A stretch of 64,000 nt of DNA from Phototrophicaceae bacterium (GCA_965243515.1 OZ251572.1:1047239-1111238); one strand, 5' to 3'; positions 7,234 to 16,946 are shown, numbered from the stretch's first letter. Made by a program: numbers and translations. The notes: generated from the letters alone by a model not told the origin.

Positions 7234-8010
7234 ATGTTCAAATGCCTAGCCACTGTCGCTGTTCTGCTGCTGATTATTCCCTTGTCGGCGCAGTCGCCCG
7301 AAGTCCCGCGGCTTATTCCCGAAGTCATCCGCGTTTTCCCGCATGACAGTCAGGCATTTACCCAGGGCCTGCTCTGGGATGACGGCTTCCTGTACGAATC
7401 CACCGGGCTGCGGGGGCAGTCGTCGCTGCGTCGAGTCGATATCGAATCAGGCCAGCCTTTGGAGATGGTCGCGCTGGATGAGACGTATTTTGCCGAGGGA
7501 CTGGAGCGCGTTGGCGGCCGGCTGATTCAGCTGACCTGGCAGGCCGGACGCGCCTTTGTCTATGATTTTGACACTTTGACGCAGTTGGGCGCGATTGAAT
7601 ATGAGGGCGAGGGCTGGGGACTTTGCTATGACGGACGCTATCTGTTTATGAGTGACGGCAGTTCCTATCTCTCTGTGCGCGATGCCGAAACCTTTGCGCT
7701 TATTTTCCGCGGCGCCGTCACCTTGAACGGGCAGATCATCCCGCCGCAGCTGCTTAACGAATTGGAATGCGTCGGCGATTCAGTGTATGCCAACGCCTGG
7801 AATACGGATTACATCTTCCGCATTGACAAATGGACCGGCGCCGTCACCGCAATGATTGACGCCTCATCGCTCCTGACGACGGCCGAAAGGGCGGCGTTAG
7901 ACGCCGGCAGCGTGCTGAATGGCATCGCGTACAATCCCGATTCGCAGACGTTTTTCATCACCGGCAAACGTTGGCCCAAGCTGTTTGAAGTGCGGTTCAT
8001 CGAGCCATAA
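7234..8010 (+). CDS. Glutaminyl-peptide cyclotransferase (bacterial beta-propeller type), secreted
   Basis: Signal peptide, then PHDSQAFTQGLLWDDGFLYESTGLRGQSSLRRVD...YFAEGL...LIQLTWQAGRAFVYD...GEGWGL, typical of glutamine cyclotransferase. Confidence 0.85.
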   Translation: MFKCLATVAVLLLIIPLSAQSPEVPRLIPEVIRVFPHDSQAFTQGLLWDDGFLYESTGLRGQSSLRRVDIESGQPLEMVALDETYFAEGLERVGGRLIQLTWQAGRAFVYDFDTLTQLGAIEYEGEGWGLCYDGRYLFMSDGSSYLSVRDAETFALIFRGAVTLNGQIIPPQLLNELECVGDSVYANAWNTDYIFRIDKWTGAVTAMIDASSLLTTAERAALDAGSVLNGIAYNPDSQTFFITGKRWPKLFEVRFIEP

Positions 8011-8236
8011 TATCAACATGGCAGCGCTTCAACATGCGAATGGCGGCGGAATGTATCGCCCGAAAGCCGCTCTTTTGCTGGCAGCTGCGGCCAACCCTGC
8101 CCAAACGGTCAGGATGAACCTCGTCATTGGTTGAATACCGCTCGCTGCCGGCTGATGGAACAATAAGGACAGAACAAGCAAAAGCCCGTTCGGCGGGTTT
8201 GTAATGTGCATAAATCCAAAACGAGAGGACTGTTTG

Positions 8237-9235
8237 ATGTCGATTGACGATGCCATCGTAGCTGACAGCGTTTATAAATCATTCGGGGATATTAAAGCGC
8301 TTGACGGGGTATCCATTGCCGTCAAAACGGGTCAAGTGCTGGGGTTGCTGGGCCCCAACGGCGCTGGCAAGACCACGCTGGTGCGGATTCTGACGACCTT
8401 GCTCAAGCCCGACCGCGGCGGCGTCATGGTCGGCGGCCTTGATGTCCTGCGCCAGCCTCAGCGCGTCCGCGAAAATATCGGGCTGGCCGGGCAGTATGCC
8501 GCCGTCGACGAAATCCTGACCGGGCGCGAGAACCTCATCATGGTCGGGCGGCTGTATCACATGAACCGACATCAGGCAAAACAGCGCGCCGCCGAACTGC
8601 TGGAACGGTTCGCATTGACCGAAGCGGCTGACCGCTCTGTCAAGACCTATTCGGGCGGGATGCGGCGGCGGCTGGATTTGGCGGCGAGCATTGTCGCCCG
8701 GCCGAAGATCCTCTTCCTTGATGAGCCAACCACCGGGCTGGACCCGCGCACGCGCATTGTCATGTGGAATACTATCCGCACTCTGGTTTCCGATGGCGCA
8801 ACCCTGCTGCTGACTACTCAATATCTGGAAGAGGCCGATGAACTGGCTGACCAAATTGCCGTGATCGATCATGGCCGCGTCATTGCCGAGGGAACATCTG
8901 ATGCGCTCAAAGCCAACCTCGCCAATGATTTTATTGATCTCAAGGTCGCCAATCCGCATCATACCCTTCGGGCGGCTGACCTGCTGCTGCCGCTGTCGAT
9001 GGAGGCGCCGCAGACCGATGACGTCCGCGGCAGCGTCACCATTGCCGTCGAAAACGGCGCCAAAAGCATTGCCGAAGTGGTTCGTCTGCTGGATGGCGGC
9101 GATATCGCCATTGTCGAACTCAACCTGCGCCGTCCGTCGCTGAATGATGTCTTCTTGAGCATCACCGGCGAAGCGATTGCAGACGAAGAAGCCAAGCCCA
9201 AAAAGCGGCGTTTCGGTCGCCGGCGCAGCGCTTGA
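8237..9235 (+). CDS. ABC transporter ATP-binding protein, DrrA/daunorubicin-resistance-like
   Basis: Walker A GPNGAGKTT, signature YSGGMRRRL and Walker B ILFLDEPT. I moved the start to ATG 8237 (MSIDDAIV...). Confidence 0.9.
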   Translation: MSIDDAIVADSVYKSFGDIKALDGVSIAVKTGQVLGLLGPNGAGKTTLVRILTTLLKPDRGGVMVGGLDVLRQPQRVRENIGLAGQYAAVDEILTGRENLIMVGRLYHMNRHQAKQRAAELLERFALTEAADRSVKTYSGGMRRRLDLAASIVARPKILFLDEPTTGLDPRTRIVMWNTIRTLVSDGATLLLTTQYLEEADELADQIAVIDHGRVIAEGTSDALKANLANDFIDLKVANPHHTLRAADLLLPLSMEAPQTDDVRGSVTIAVENGAKSIAEVVRLLDGGDIAIVELNLRRPSLNDVFLSITGEAIADEEAKPKKRRFGRRRSA

Positions 9236-9281
9236 TTGAGAACACTGCTCGCCAAACCAACCATACAAGGACACCCAAACC

Positions 9282-10115
9282 ATGACCCAGCAAACCCTGA
9301 AACCGGCGGCTTTCGCGCCGACCTCCAGCGATGCCAGCGCTTTCCAGCGTTTCAAGTGGAACTTTGTCGATACTTTCGTTGTCATGCGCCGCAATCTGAT
9401 GTATTTTGTGCGCCAGCCGCAGCTGCTCATTTTCGCCACTATCCAGCCGGTCATGTTCCTGCTGCTGTTCACCTATGTATTCGGCGGCGCCATTCGGTTT
9501 TCGACCGGCGGCGACTACATCAACTATTTGATGCCCGGCATCATCATTCAGACCATCGTCTTTGCCGCCACCAATACCACCATCGGGCTTTCGATGGATC
9601 TTTCGCGGGGGATGATTGACCGCTTTCGCTCGCTGCCGATGTCGCGGGCGGCGGTTCTCGCTGGGCGCACCACAGCCGATACGGTTCGCGGCGCTTTTAC
9701 CATTCTCATCATGCTAATCGCCGGGATGCTGATTGGCTTTCGCTTTGAGGATTGGGGCAGTGGCATCGCCGGCCTGGCGCTGGCCATCGCTTTTGGCCAT
9801 TCTTTCACCTGGATTTCAGCGACGATTGGCCTGTTTGTCAAAGACCCCGAAGCGGCGCAGGTCGCTGGATTTATCTGGGTGTTCCCTTTGACCTTCGCCA
9901 GTTCGATTTTTGTGCCGACCCAAACCATGCCCGACTGGCTGCGCGTCTTTGCCGAAAATCAGCCGGTCAGCGTGATTGCCACTGCGGTGCGCGACTTGAT
10001 GACAGGCACGGTGAACCCAGATGAGATTACGACGGCGCTTATCTGGATCGTCGGGATTTTCCTGGTGGCGATGCCGCTGGCGGTGCGTCAGTACGCCAAG
10101 GTGGCTTCGCGTTGA
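9282..10115 (+). CDS. ABC-2 type transporter permease (DrrB-like)
   Basis: Six predicted TM helices with the RNLMYFVRQPQLLIF start typical of ABC-2 permeases. It lies directly downstream of the ATPase gene. Confidence 0.8.
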   Translation: MTQQTLKPAAFAPTSSDASAFQRFKWNFVDTFVVMRRNLMYFVRQPQLLIFATIQPVMFLLLFTYVFGGAIRFSTGGDYINYLMPGIIIQTIVFAATNTTIGLSMDLSRGMIDRFRSLPMSRAAVLAGRTTADTVRGAFTILIMLIAGMLIGFRFEDWGSGIAGLALAIAFGHSFTWISATIGLFVKDPEAAQVAGFIWVFPLTFASSIFVPTQTMPDWLRVFAENQPVSVIATAVRDLMTGTVNPDEITTALIWIVGIFLVAMPLAVRQYAKVASR

Positions 10116-10464
10116 TTGGCTTGCAATGACATCGCGAAAACGCCCCAACTTGAGGATTCAGGAAGGGGCGCTTCTGCTCTGGCATTAGATCCACCTCGTC
10201 AATGATGGCGACTAAGCCTGACTTGCCATTCTTTGCCAGGCGGCGGCAATTCAGGTAGCGGTGGCTTCCCCGCGATTTGCAGTTTCAGCTATTTTTGCGT
10301 GAGCGATACCGGCGAATGTGTTCAGTACTGTTGCTAGCCATTAGTTTTCGCCCAAAACCTTCGTGTCCTGCAGCGGGATTAAGCCCCCCGTAGAAGGCTC
10401 GATACCACTATCACTATCAAACCCACAAGCCCGGCCCAGAAACGCTGGTCATGCAATAAGCTAT

Positions 10465-10701
10465 TCATTCCCTTAACCTTTCCCAACAACTATAGCCATC
10501 TGAACAAACATCCAGAGTCTTAAAACCCGCATTAATCATTCCAACGTAAACATCACCACCCGCCGCAAAACATTCATTCTGCGAATAAACCATAATATCC
10601 GGCCCGGCGCAAAACGACTCTGGCCTGTCATTCAGAATCGCCCAGCCAAACGAGAACACATACAGCAGCAGAAACAGCAGCAGCAAATAAATCAATCTCA
10701 T
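10465..10701 (-). CDS. Small secreted/membrane-anchored Cys-containing hypothetical protein
   Basis: 78-aa ORF with N-terminal MRLIYLLLLFLLLYVFSFGWAIL and 5 Cys in the remainder. Its ATG shares one base with the stop of the upstream ORF (TAATG). It lies in an AT-richer islet. Confidence 0.35.
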   Translation of the reverse strand: MRLIYLLLLFLLLYVFSFGWAILNDRPESFCAGPDIMVYSQNECFAAGGDVYVGMINAGFKTLDVCSDGYSCWERLRE

Positions 10702-11084
10702 TAACCTGACCCTTCAGATGAAGCTGACTGTCCCACATCCGCCTCTTCAAAGTCCCACCACCAATAGCAAACAACAGCCGTAATAACCACAACACCTAAG
10801 AGCAGATACCCCGACACAGGGCCCCAGCTAGAAAGATGCTTGCAAACAAACGAATACCAATCATCGCTTGCTTGCCAAATTTTTCCCGAGGATCTGTCCT
10901 CCACAATCCATAGCTCCTCATCATCAGAATTGCAATGAACATAATCAGGCAACACTATCGACAGCGCCTTGTCAAAGGTAAAAATCTGAAAGCTGAACAA
11001 GCAGGAAAAAAACATGACCCACACACAAGTAACAAACATCCTAAAACGGCTCATTGTCTTAATCCGCATAAGCCCCCACATCAA
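10701..11084 (-). CDS. Hypothetical two-TM membrane protein
   Basis: 127-aa ORF with TM helices near both ends and an acidic tail. Several in-frame starts are possible (TTG 11084, ATG 11081 and further downstream). No family recognised. Confidence 0.35.
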   Translation of the reverse strand: MMWGLMRIKTMSRFRMFVTCVWVMFFSCLFSFQIFTFDKALSIVLPDYVHCNSDDEELWIVEDRSSGKIWQASDDWYSFVCKHLSSWGPVSGYLLLGVVVITAVVCYWWWDFEEADVGQSASSEGSG

Positions 11085-11249
11085 GCGCCGTCAGAATCAT
11101 TGACGCCCCCCCTTCCGCAAACCAACCGACACCCTTCCGGCGATGCGGGTTTCCAGTCCCGCGGCTCGCACAACAAAAACGACATTCCTTTGTTAATTGA
11201 CACAAGAATTCAACTGCCTCATTCAGCTTTTTTGGGATATACTCAAACC

Positions 11250-11328
11250 GAAAACCTTCGCGGTTTTCACAGTTTTTTCAGGTTTCCTGTGGCAGCTTTT
11301 GGCGTGGAAACCGACTGCCACAGGAAAC
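11250..11328. repeat. Cluster of inverted repeats built from GGTTTYC / GRAAACC heptamers (two hairpins, one with an alternative pairing)
   Basis: gaaaacc(11250-56)/ggttttc(11262-68) form a 7-bp hairpin followed by T6 (11273-78). gtttcctgtggcag(11282-95)/ctgccacaggaaac(11315-28) form a perfect 14-bp stem. The loop contains ggaaacc (11306-12), which can instead pair with ggtttcc (11281-87). Confidence 0.85.
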
Positions 11329-11455
11329 TCCCAAATAAAGCCATGAAAGGCTTATATTCAAGAGTATCACATTGTTATCTTCTTTGCAAGCGCAAAATGC
11401 CTCGATTTTCTCGGTGGTAAAAACCTTCATCGCAAGCTACACTTGAGCTACATCT

Positions 11456-12532
11456 ATGTTCTCAAGCAGAAAGCGAATCCAAATGAACACAGCGCGGGTT
11501 TATATCGCCAATTCGGGAGACGATGACTATGGCATCACGGTTGCCGAACTTGATTATGCCGCCGGCCGTCTGCACATCATCCAGCAGGTAACAGAGATCA
11601 GCGAATGCCATTATCTGGCGCTTCATCCCAACCGCCAATACCTCTACGGGACGACGATGGACGGCGAAGTTGAAGCGGTCGCCTTTGCGGTTGACCAAGC
11701 CAGCGGCCAGCTAAACAAGCTCAACAGCCAGCCAGCGGCCGGCACATCGCCCTGTTACATCCTGGTCGAAGCCAGCCAAAAGAACGTCCTGATGGTCAAT
11801 TACACCGTCGCCGGCCAGCGCGGCAATATCCGCGTCTATCCGATTGGCGCCGACGGGCATCTGCAAGGCCACAGCGAAATGATCGAACACGATGGCCGCA
11901 GCGTCAATCCCGACCGCCAAGCCGAATCGCACCCGCACATGATCCTGACGACGCCCGACAATCGCTTCGCGCTGGTGCCAGATCTAGGCACTGACAAAAT
12001 CTATATCTATGACCTGGACGCGGGGCAGGGGAAACTTTGCCTGCATACGACTCTCGATCTGCCGGCCGGCGCCGGGCCGCGGCACCTGGCTTTTCATCCT
12101 GATTTGCCGATTATGTATGTCATCAACGAACTGGATTCGACGATGATGGCCTGGACTTATGATGACCAATATAACTGGACTCATCGCCAGACCATCTCGA
12201 CCCTGCCGGCGGCCGCCGCCGTGCATAACCAGTGCGCCGATGTCCATGTTCATCCCAATGGCAAATTCCTCTACGGCTCGAACCGCGGCCATGATTCGAT
12301 TGTCATCTATGCCCTGGATGAAGCTGGAATGCCGTCGCTCATCGGCCACGAATCGACGCAGGGGAATTGGCCGCGCGCCTTTGTGATTGACCCGCGCGGC
12401 GAATACTTGATAGTCGGCAACCGCCACAGCGACAATGCGGCCGTCTTTGCCATTGACCCGACGACCGGCGCGCTGCATCATCGCTCCACGTTGGATTTGG
12501 ACGCGCCGATTGCCTTCAAAATGTTTGGCTAG
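11456..12532 (+). CDS. Lactonase family protein (7-bladed beta-propeller, 6-phosphogluconolactonase/3-carboxymuconate-cyclase-like)
   Basis: Repeated blade motifs and HPHMILTTPDNRFALVPDLGTDKIYIYD...GAGPRHLAFHP...MYVINELDST are typical of the lactonase family. ATG 11483 is an alternative start. Confidence 0.8.
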   Translation: MFSSRKRIQMNTARVYIANSGDDDYGITVAELDYAAGRLHIIQQVTEISECHYLALHPNRQYLYGTTMDGEVEAVAFAVDQASGQLNKLNSQPAAGTSPCYILVEASQKNVLMVNYTVAGQRGNIRVYPIGADGHLQGHSEMIEHDGRSVNPDRQAESHPHMILTTPDNRFALVPDLGTDKIYIYDLDAGQGKLCLHTTLDLPAGAGPRHLAFHPDLPIMYVINELDSTMMAWTYDDQYNWTHRQTISTLPAAAAVHNQCADVHVHPNGKFLYGSNRGHDSIVIYALDEAGMPSLIGHESTQGNWPRAFVIDPRGEYLIVGNRHSDNAAVFAIDPTTGALHHRSTLDLDAPIAFKMFG

Positions 12533-12538
12533 CCCATT

Positions 12539-13555
12539 ATGCGCGTCTTAATCACCGGCGGCGCGGGTCTGGTCGGGCGCCCCATTACCGAAAAATTGGT
12601 CCGCAACGGCTGGGATGTGCGCGTCATCGGCATTGAGCCGACATGCGAGATAGAGGGTATTCGCTATGCCCAATGCGATATTCTCGATTTTGAATCCCTG
12701 GCCAAACAAGTTAAAGGCTGTGATGCCATCGTTCATCTGGCCGCTATCCCAAGCGTCGTTCACCATCCCAATTCCGCTGTGTTCAAGGTCAATGTCGCTG
12801 GCGCATACAACGTCTTTGAAGCCGCCGCCAAAGCCGGTGTGAAGCGCATCGCGCAAGCCAGTTCCATCAATGCGCTGGGCGGCTATTGGGGCTGTGATGA
12901 CCGCCAGTTTGAGTATTTCCCGCTGGATGAAAATCATCCCCTGCATACGACCGATGCCTATTCCTTTTCCAAGCAGATGGTTGAGGACATTGCCGATTAT
13001 TACTGGCGCCGCGCCGCGATTTCCAGCGTGTCCTTTCGTCTGCCGGCCGTCTGGTCAGACGCGGTGATTGAGCGGCGGCGGCTGCGCGGGCATCTGGCGG
13101 CCAAACGCGAAAAACTGACGGCCTTCCTAAAACGGCCGCGGCATGAACAGCGCGAACAGCTGACTGAAGTTCGGACGCATATTCTGCGGCTGCGGGCGCG
13201 GCATATTCTGGAATACGAGGTGCGGCAGTCAGGCGCATTTGAAGACGAAGCGCGCCAGGATGATTGGCTGTGGTCGTCCTATTTCTTTGACCGCTACAAT
13301 TACTGGACTTTTATTCATACCGATGATTCGACGCAGGCCTTTGAACGGGCGCTTACGGCGGATTTCAGCGGCGCCCATCCGCTGTTTGTCAACAGCGACA
13401 GGAATTATCTCGGCGTCGAATCTGAAACCTTGCTGGCGGTCTTTTATCCCGAAGTCGGCCGGCGCGTCAAAAAGCTGGCCGGCGCGGCCGCGCTGGTGAG
13501 CAATGACCGCGCCGCCGACCTGATTGGCTATGAGGCTGCTGTGCATCGCATTTAG
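12539..13555 (+). CDS. NAD-dependent epimerase/dehydratase family protein (extended SDR)
   Basis: MRVLITGGAGLVG Rossmann motif and a YSFSK catalytic YxxxK. Confidence 0.85.
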   Translation: MRVLITGGAGLVGRPITEKLVRNGWDVRVIGIEPTCEIEGIRYAQCDILDFESLAKQVKGCDAIVHLAAIPSVVHHPNSAVFKVNVAGAYNVFEAAAKAGVKRIAQASSINALGGYWGCDDRQFEYFPLDENHPLHTTDAYSFSKQMVEDIADYYWRRAAISSVSFRLPAVWSDAVIERRRLRGHLAAKREKLTAFLKRPRHEQREQLTEVRTHILRLRARHILEYEVRQSGAFEDEARQDDWLWSSYFFDRYNYWTFIHTDDSTQAFERALTADFSGAHPLFVNSDRNYLGVESETLLAVFYPEVGRRVKKLAGAAALVSNDRAADLIGYEAAVHRI

Positions 13556-14631
13556 CCGTCATCGGCATACTGCTGTGAGCTAAAGACATAGACGTTATTC
13601 ACAATCTCGCCGGCTTCATCGGCTTCGGCCAGCGCTGTCCATTCATAAATCCAGCGGGCGTCGCTAAGGCTTAAATTGACGCAGCCATGACTGCGGCGAT
13701 AGCCAAAATCATTATGCCAATACGTTCCGTGCAAGCTGATATCGCCGTCGAAGTACATCGTCCACGGCACATCCTGCAAGGCATAGGCATCGGGCGCGCC
13801 GACGGCGCCGCTCATCGAATCGCGGTCGAGCCGCGCCCAGATGGCAAAGACGCCTTCATTGGTCGGCCACTTGGGCAGGCCGCTGGAAATTAACGTGGCA
13901 AAGACTGGCCGGTCATCCTCATAGGCGATCAAGGTTTGCTCAAACAGGTCAATCGCGACCCAATGCCCGCCGACTTCCGGCGGTCGTTCGGCTGGGGCGA
14001 ACATGGCGACATATTCCTGGCGCAGCCATTGCCGCGGCCCAATCAGATACCAGAGATTGCCGTCTTCATCATGCTCGGCGGCGAAGATATTCACCAGGTC
14101 ATAACGGCGGGTCACATAACCGCTTTCGGCGCTGCCCCTTTCGCCGGGCTGTAAAGAAGTATAAATGCCCGTCCGATCTAAAATGACCGCGAAGGGATGC
14201 TGCCAATTGGGCGGCAGGAGCATGCCGGTGAAGCGCGAGGCCGGCGCATATCGGGCATTTTCCTGCATCAGCCATTCGCCGCCGACGCGCTGAATCCAGC
14301 CGGGGACGCTGGTGTCGGTCGCATTGACAAAGTTGAATCCGGCCGGTATCTGACCAATCACTTGCCCGCCGGGCGCGTCGTACAAGCTGACGGCCGCCGG
14401 CCCGACTCGCCAAAAGCTGTAATGATTCAGGGAGAAACGGTCTTCGGGGATGTTTTCCAGCGTCGGCTGTGGAAAGGCGCGCATCATAGCGAAACAGGCC
14501 TCGCCGGGTTCGGCCGCTGACTGGCAAACCGCCGGATCATAATCAAAGCCAGCCAAGCTGTCCTGCGCCAGAACCCCCGCAAGCTGGATGAATCCGAATG
14601 CCAAAACGATGAATAAATACCTTGCTGTCAT
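13552..14631 (-). CDS. L,D-transpeptidase (YkuD domain) with N-terminal signal peptide
   Basis: C-terminal YkuD signature ...ISLHGTYWHNDFGYRRSHGCVNLSLSDARWIYEW (catalytic H...SHGC). Confidence 0.85.
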   Translation of the reverse strand: MTARYLFIVLAFGFIQLAGVLAQDSLAGFDYDPAVCQSAAEPGEACFAMMRAFPQPTLENIPEDRFSLNHYSFWRVGPAAVSLYDAPGGQVIGQIPAGFNFVNATDTSVPGWIQRVGGEWLMQENARYAPASRFTGMLLPPNWQHPFAVILDRTGIYTSLQPGERGSAESGYVTRRYDLVNIFAAEHDEDGNLWYLIGPRQWLRQEYVAMFAPAERPPEVGGHWVAIDLFEQTLIAYEDDRPVFATLISSGLPKWPTNEGVFAIWARLDRDSMSGAVGAPDAYALQDVPWTMYFDGDISLHGTYWHNDFGYRRSHGCVNLSLSDARWIYEWTALAEADEAGEIVNNVYVFSSQQYADDG

Positions 14632-14673
14632 GCGCGCTCCGCGATGCTGTTAGGGTCTTAAATTGAATCGTCC

Positions 14674-14703
14674 TTCAAACTGCTTGCGAAATCATAACAT
14701 AAT
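14674..14703 (+). promoter_or_regulatory. Candidate sigma-70-type promoter for hemCD
   Basis: TTCAAA, an 18-nt spacer, then CATAAT. The element ends 56 nt before the hemC ATG. By-eye match only. Confidence 0.25.
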
Positions 14704-14759
14704 TTGCTTGCCGGTGGTGTAAAATAACGCTGTCTATACGATTTTCGAACCGTACAGCC

Positions 14760-15695
14760 ATGACCAGAACCATTCGCATCGGCAGCCGCGCGTCCAAACT
14801 GTCGCTTTGGCAGGCGCGCTTTGCCGCTGATCTGATCCGAGAGCATTATGATGATGTTAGGGTTGAACTGAAGCCATTCCAAACGCGCGGCGACAGAATT
14901 CGGTCGCGGCCATTGGCGGCAATCGGCGGGAAGGGGCTGTTCACGCAGGAGCTTGAAGCCGCGCTGCGCCGGCGGGAGATCGACGGCGCGGTGCACAGCC
15001 TGAAAGATTTGCCGACCGAAGAAGCTGAAGGGCTTTGTCTTGGCGCGGTTCCCAAGCGCGGCAATCCCCATGATGTCCTGATAAGCCGCGAGGGCAAGCG
15101 CCTGTTCAGTCTGCCAAAGGGCGCTTGCGTCGGCACCGGCAGCCGGCGGCGGCGGGCCCAGCTTCTCTATCATCGTCCTGACCTGCGTATTCTGAATATC
15201 CGCGGCAATGTGCCGACGCGGATACGAAAGCTGATGGCGGATGGCAGCCGATATGACGCCATTGTTTTGGCGGCCGCCGGGCTGGAACGGCTGAAGATGG
15301 CCGACCGCATCACCGAAACCTTTGCCATCCCGCGCATGACCAGCGCCGCCGGACAGGGCGCGCTGGCGATTCAGTGCCGCGCCGAGCCGGAGGCGAAAAA
15401 GTTTTTTGCGCCGTTGACCGATGAGGAAACGCAGCTGGCGGTGACGGCCGAGCGGGCTTTTCTGGCGGCATTGGGCGGCGGGTGTTCCTTGCCGGTGGGC
15501 GCTTATGCGTTTGTCGAGGATCAGCGGCTGCATCTGCGCGGGCGCGTGACGTCCATGGATGGCGGGCGGCAGGTTGATGTGGCCGGTGAGACGGCGCGCG
15601 TTCCCGAAGGCCTGCGGTCGGCTCATCAGCTTGGCCTTGATTTGGCGCAGCAGGCGCTTCGGCAGGGCGCCGCCGAGATTCTGTCGGCGCTATGA
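14760..15695 (+). CDS. hemC: Hydroxymethylbilane synthase (porphobilinogen deaminase)
   Basis: IRIGSRASKLSLWQA, FQTRGDRI, GGKGLFTQELE, RGNVPTRIRKL and a C-terminal GGCSLPVGAY. Confidence 0.95.
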   Translation: MTRTIRIGSRASKLSLWQARFAADLIREHYDDVRVELKPFQTRGDRIRSRPLAAIGGKGLFTQELEAALRRREIDGAVHSLKDLPTEEAEGLCLGAVPKRGNPHDVLISREGKRLFSLPKGACVGTGSRRRRAQLLYHRPDLRILNIRGNVPTRIRKLMADGSRYDAIVLAAAGLERLKMADRITETFAIPRMTSAAGQGALAIQCRAEPEAKKFFAPLTDEETQLAVTAERAFLAALGGGCSLPVGAYAFVEDQRLHLRGRVTSMDGGRQVDVAGETARVPEGLRSAHQLGLDLAQQALRQGAAEILSAL

Positions 15696-16462
15696 CTGTC
15701 CTTTTCAATAAACGCATCGTCGTTACCCGCGCCGCGCATCAGGCAGCGGCATTGGAACAGGTTATTCGCCGGCGGGGCGCGGTTCCCGTTCTTTATCCCT
15801 GCATTGCGATTGCGCCGCCCCGAGACACGGCCGCGCTGGATGCCTGCTTGGCGGCCCTGGACGAATTTGACTGGCTGCTGCTGACCAGCGCCAACGCCGT
15901 GCGGATGGTAGCCGACCGTTTAAGCCGACTCAAACTGCATCCGGACTGGACGAGGATTAAAATTGCCGCGGTTGGGCCTAAGACTGGCGCCGAACTGCGG
16001 GCCCGGCTGGCGGCGGCCGATTTTATGCCGTCGGCATTTACGGCCGAATGCTTGGCGAACAGCCTGCCTCTAACAATCGGCAGCCGTCTGTTTCTGCCAC
16101 AGTCGGCTTTGGCGGATGAGACCATCGCCGCCATCCTCCGCACCCGCGGCGCCGAGGTGAGTACGGCGGTGGCTTATCATACGGTGATGGGCCGCGGCGG
16201 CGCCGATGTGCCGGGGATGATTAGGCGCCATGAAATCGATGCCCTGACCTTTACCAGCCCGTCGGCGCTGAACTATTTCGCGCAGCGCAGTCGATTGGAG
16301 CGGATGCCGAATCTGCCGGCGGTGTGCATCGGGCCTTCGACGGCTCGCCGGGCGGCGGCGGCTGGCTTTCGGCAGACGATTGTCCCGCGGGAATACTCGC
16401 TGCGCGGGATGATGGATGCGCTGGCGGATTATTATGCTTCCCCGCCAAAACCCGCATTCTGA
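15692..16462 (+). CDS. hemD: Uroporphyrinogen-III synthase
   Basis: ATGA overlap with hemC. KRIVVTRA...LLLTSANAVR and a second half-domain ending with TFTSPSAL match the HemD pattern. Confidence 0.85.
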   Translation: MTVLFNKRIVVTRAAHQAAALEQVIRRRGAVPVLYPCIAIAPPRDTAALDACLAALDEFDWLLLTSANAVRMVADRLSRLKLHPDWTRIKIAAVGPKTGAELRARLAAADFMPSAFTAECLANSLPLTIGSRLFLPQSALADETIAAILRTRGAEVSTAVAYHTVMGRGGADVPGMIRRHEIDALTFTSPSALNYFAQRSRLERMPNLPAVCIGPSTARRAAAAGFRQTIVPREYSLRGMMDALADYYASPPKPAF

Positions 16463-16616
16463 TGGCGGCCGTTCATCAATGGCGAGGCATTTATAGATAA
16501 ACGCTATCTTAATACGTTCTTTATGCTTGGGGACGTTTTTCGTACTATAATGGCATTATTGGAATCACCGTGGCCGGCACAGGCATACATCCTTTGATAA
16601 TTGGAGGCAGTGTCTT

Positions 16617-16946
16617 ATGCACTTGGATCACACCATTTATACGCACGAGAAATTTACCGAGCAAGATCTGCATTGGTGTCCCAAATCGGAAGACTATGCG
16701 GCTGGCAATCATCTGCTTGCGGCGCTGCGCTCCGGCTGGCGGCTGGCAAAGCCCGAGATTAAGGCCAAACAGGTTTGGAAAAACGGGAGCCGCCCGCTGA
16801 CGATTTATCACTTCGCCCTGATTCGCAATCATCAAACCCTGTGCATGCCGGTGCTTAGCAATCCTTATGTTGAACGGTATATCATCCAAAATCGGCTTCT
16901 CATTGTTTTGGATGCCGAGCCTGACTGTCTTGTGATTCCAGGATAA
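16617..16946 (+). CDS. Small hypothetical protein, paralogue 1 of a tandem pair
   Basis: 109-aa ORF with GGAGG (16603-07) 9 nt upstream of the ATG and TATAAT at 16546-51. It shares ..AGG..LL.AL..GW...(W).G.R...I.HF...R.....M.V..NPYV.R.. with the next ORF. Confidence 0.5.
   Translation: MHLDHTIYTHEKFTEQDLHWCPKSEDYAAGNHLLAALRSGWRLAKPEIKAKQVWKNGSRPLTIYHFALIRNHQTLCMPVLSNPYVERYIIQNRLLIVLDAEPDCLVIPG

Noticed and set aside
10165-10300. Minus-strand peptide ...NGKSGLVAIIDEVDLMPEQKR..., reminiscent of a Walker-B (hhhhDE) segment of a transposition/IstB-type ATPase fragment.
   Set aside because: It is only ~20 residues of weak, generic resemblance bounded by a nearby stop. This is insufficient to call a mobile-element remnant.
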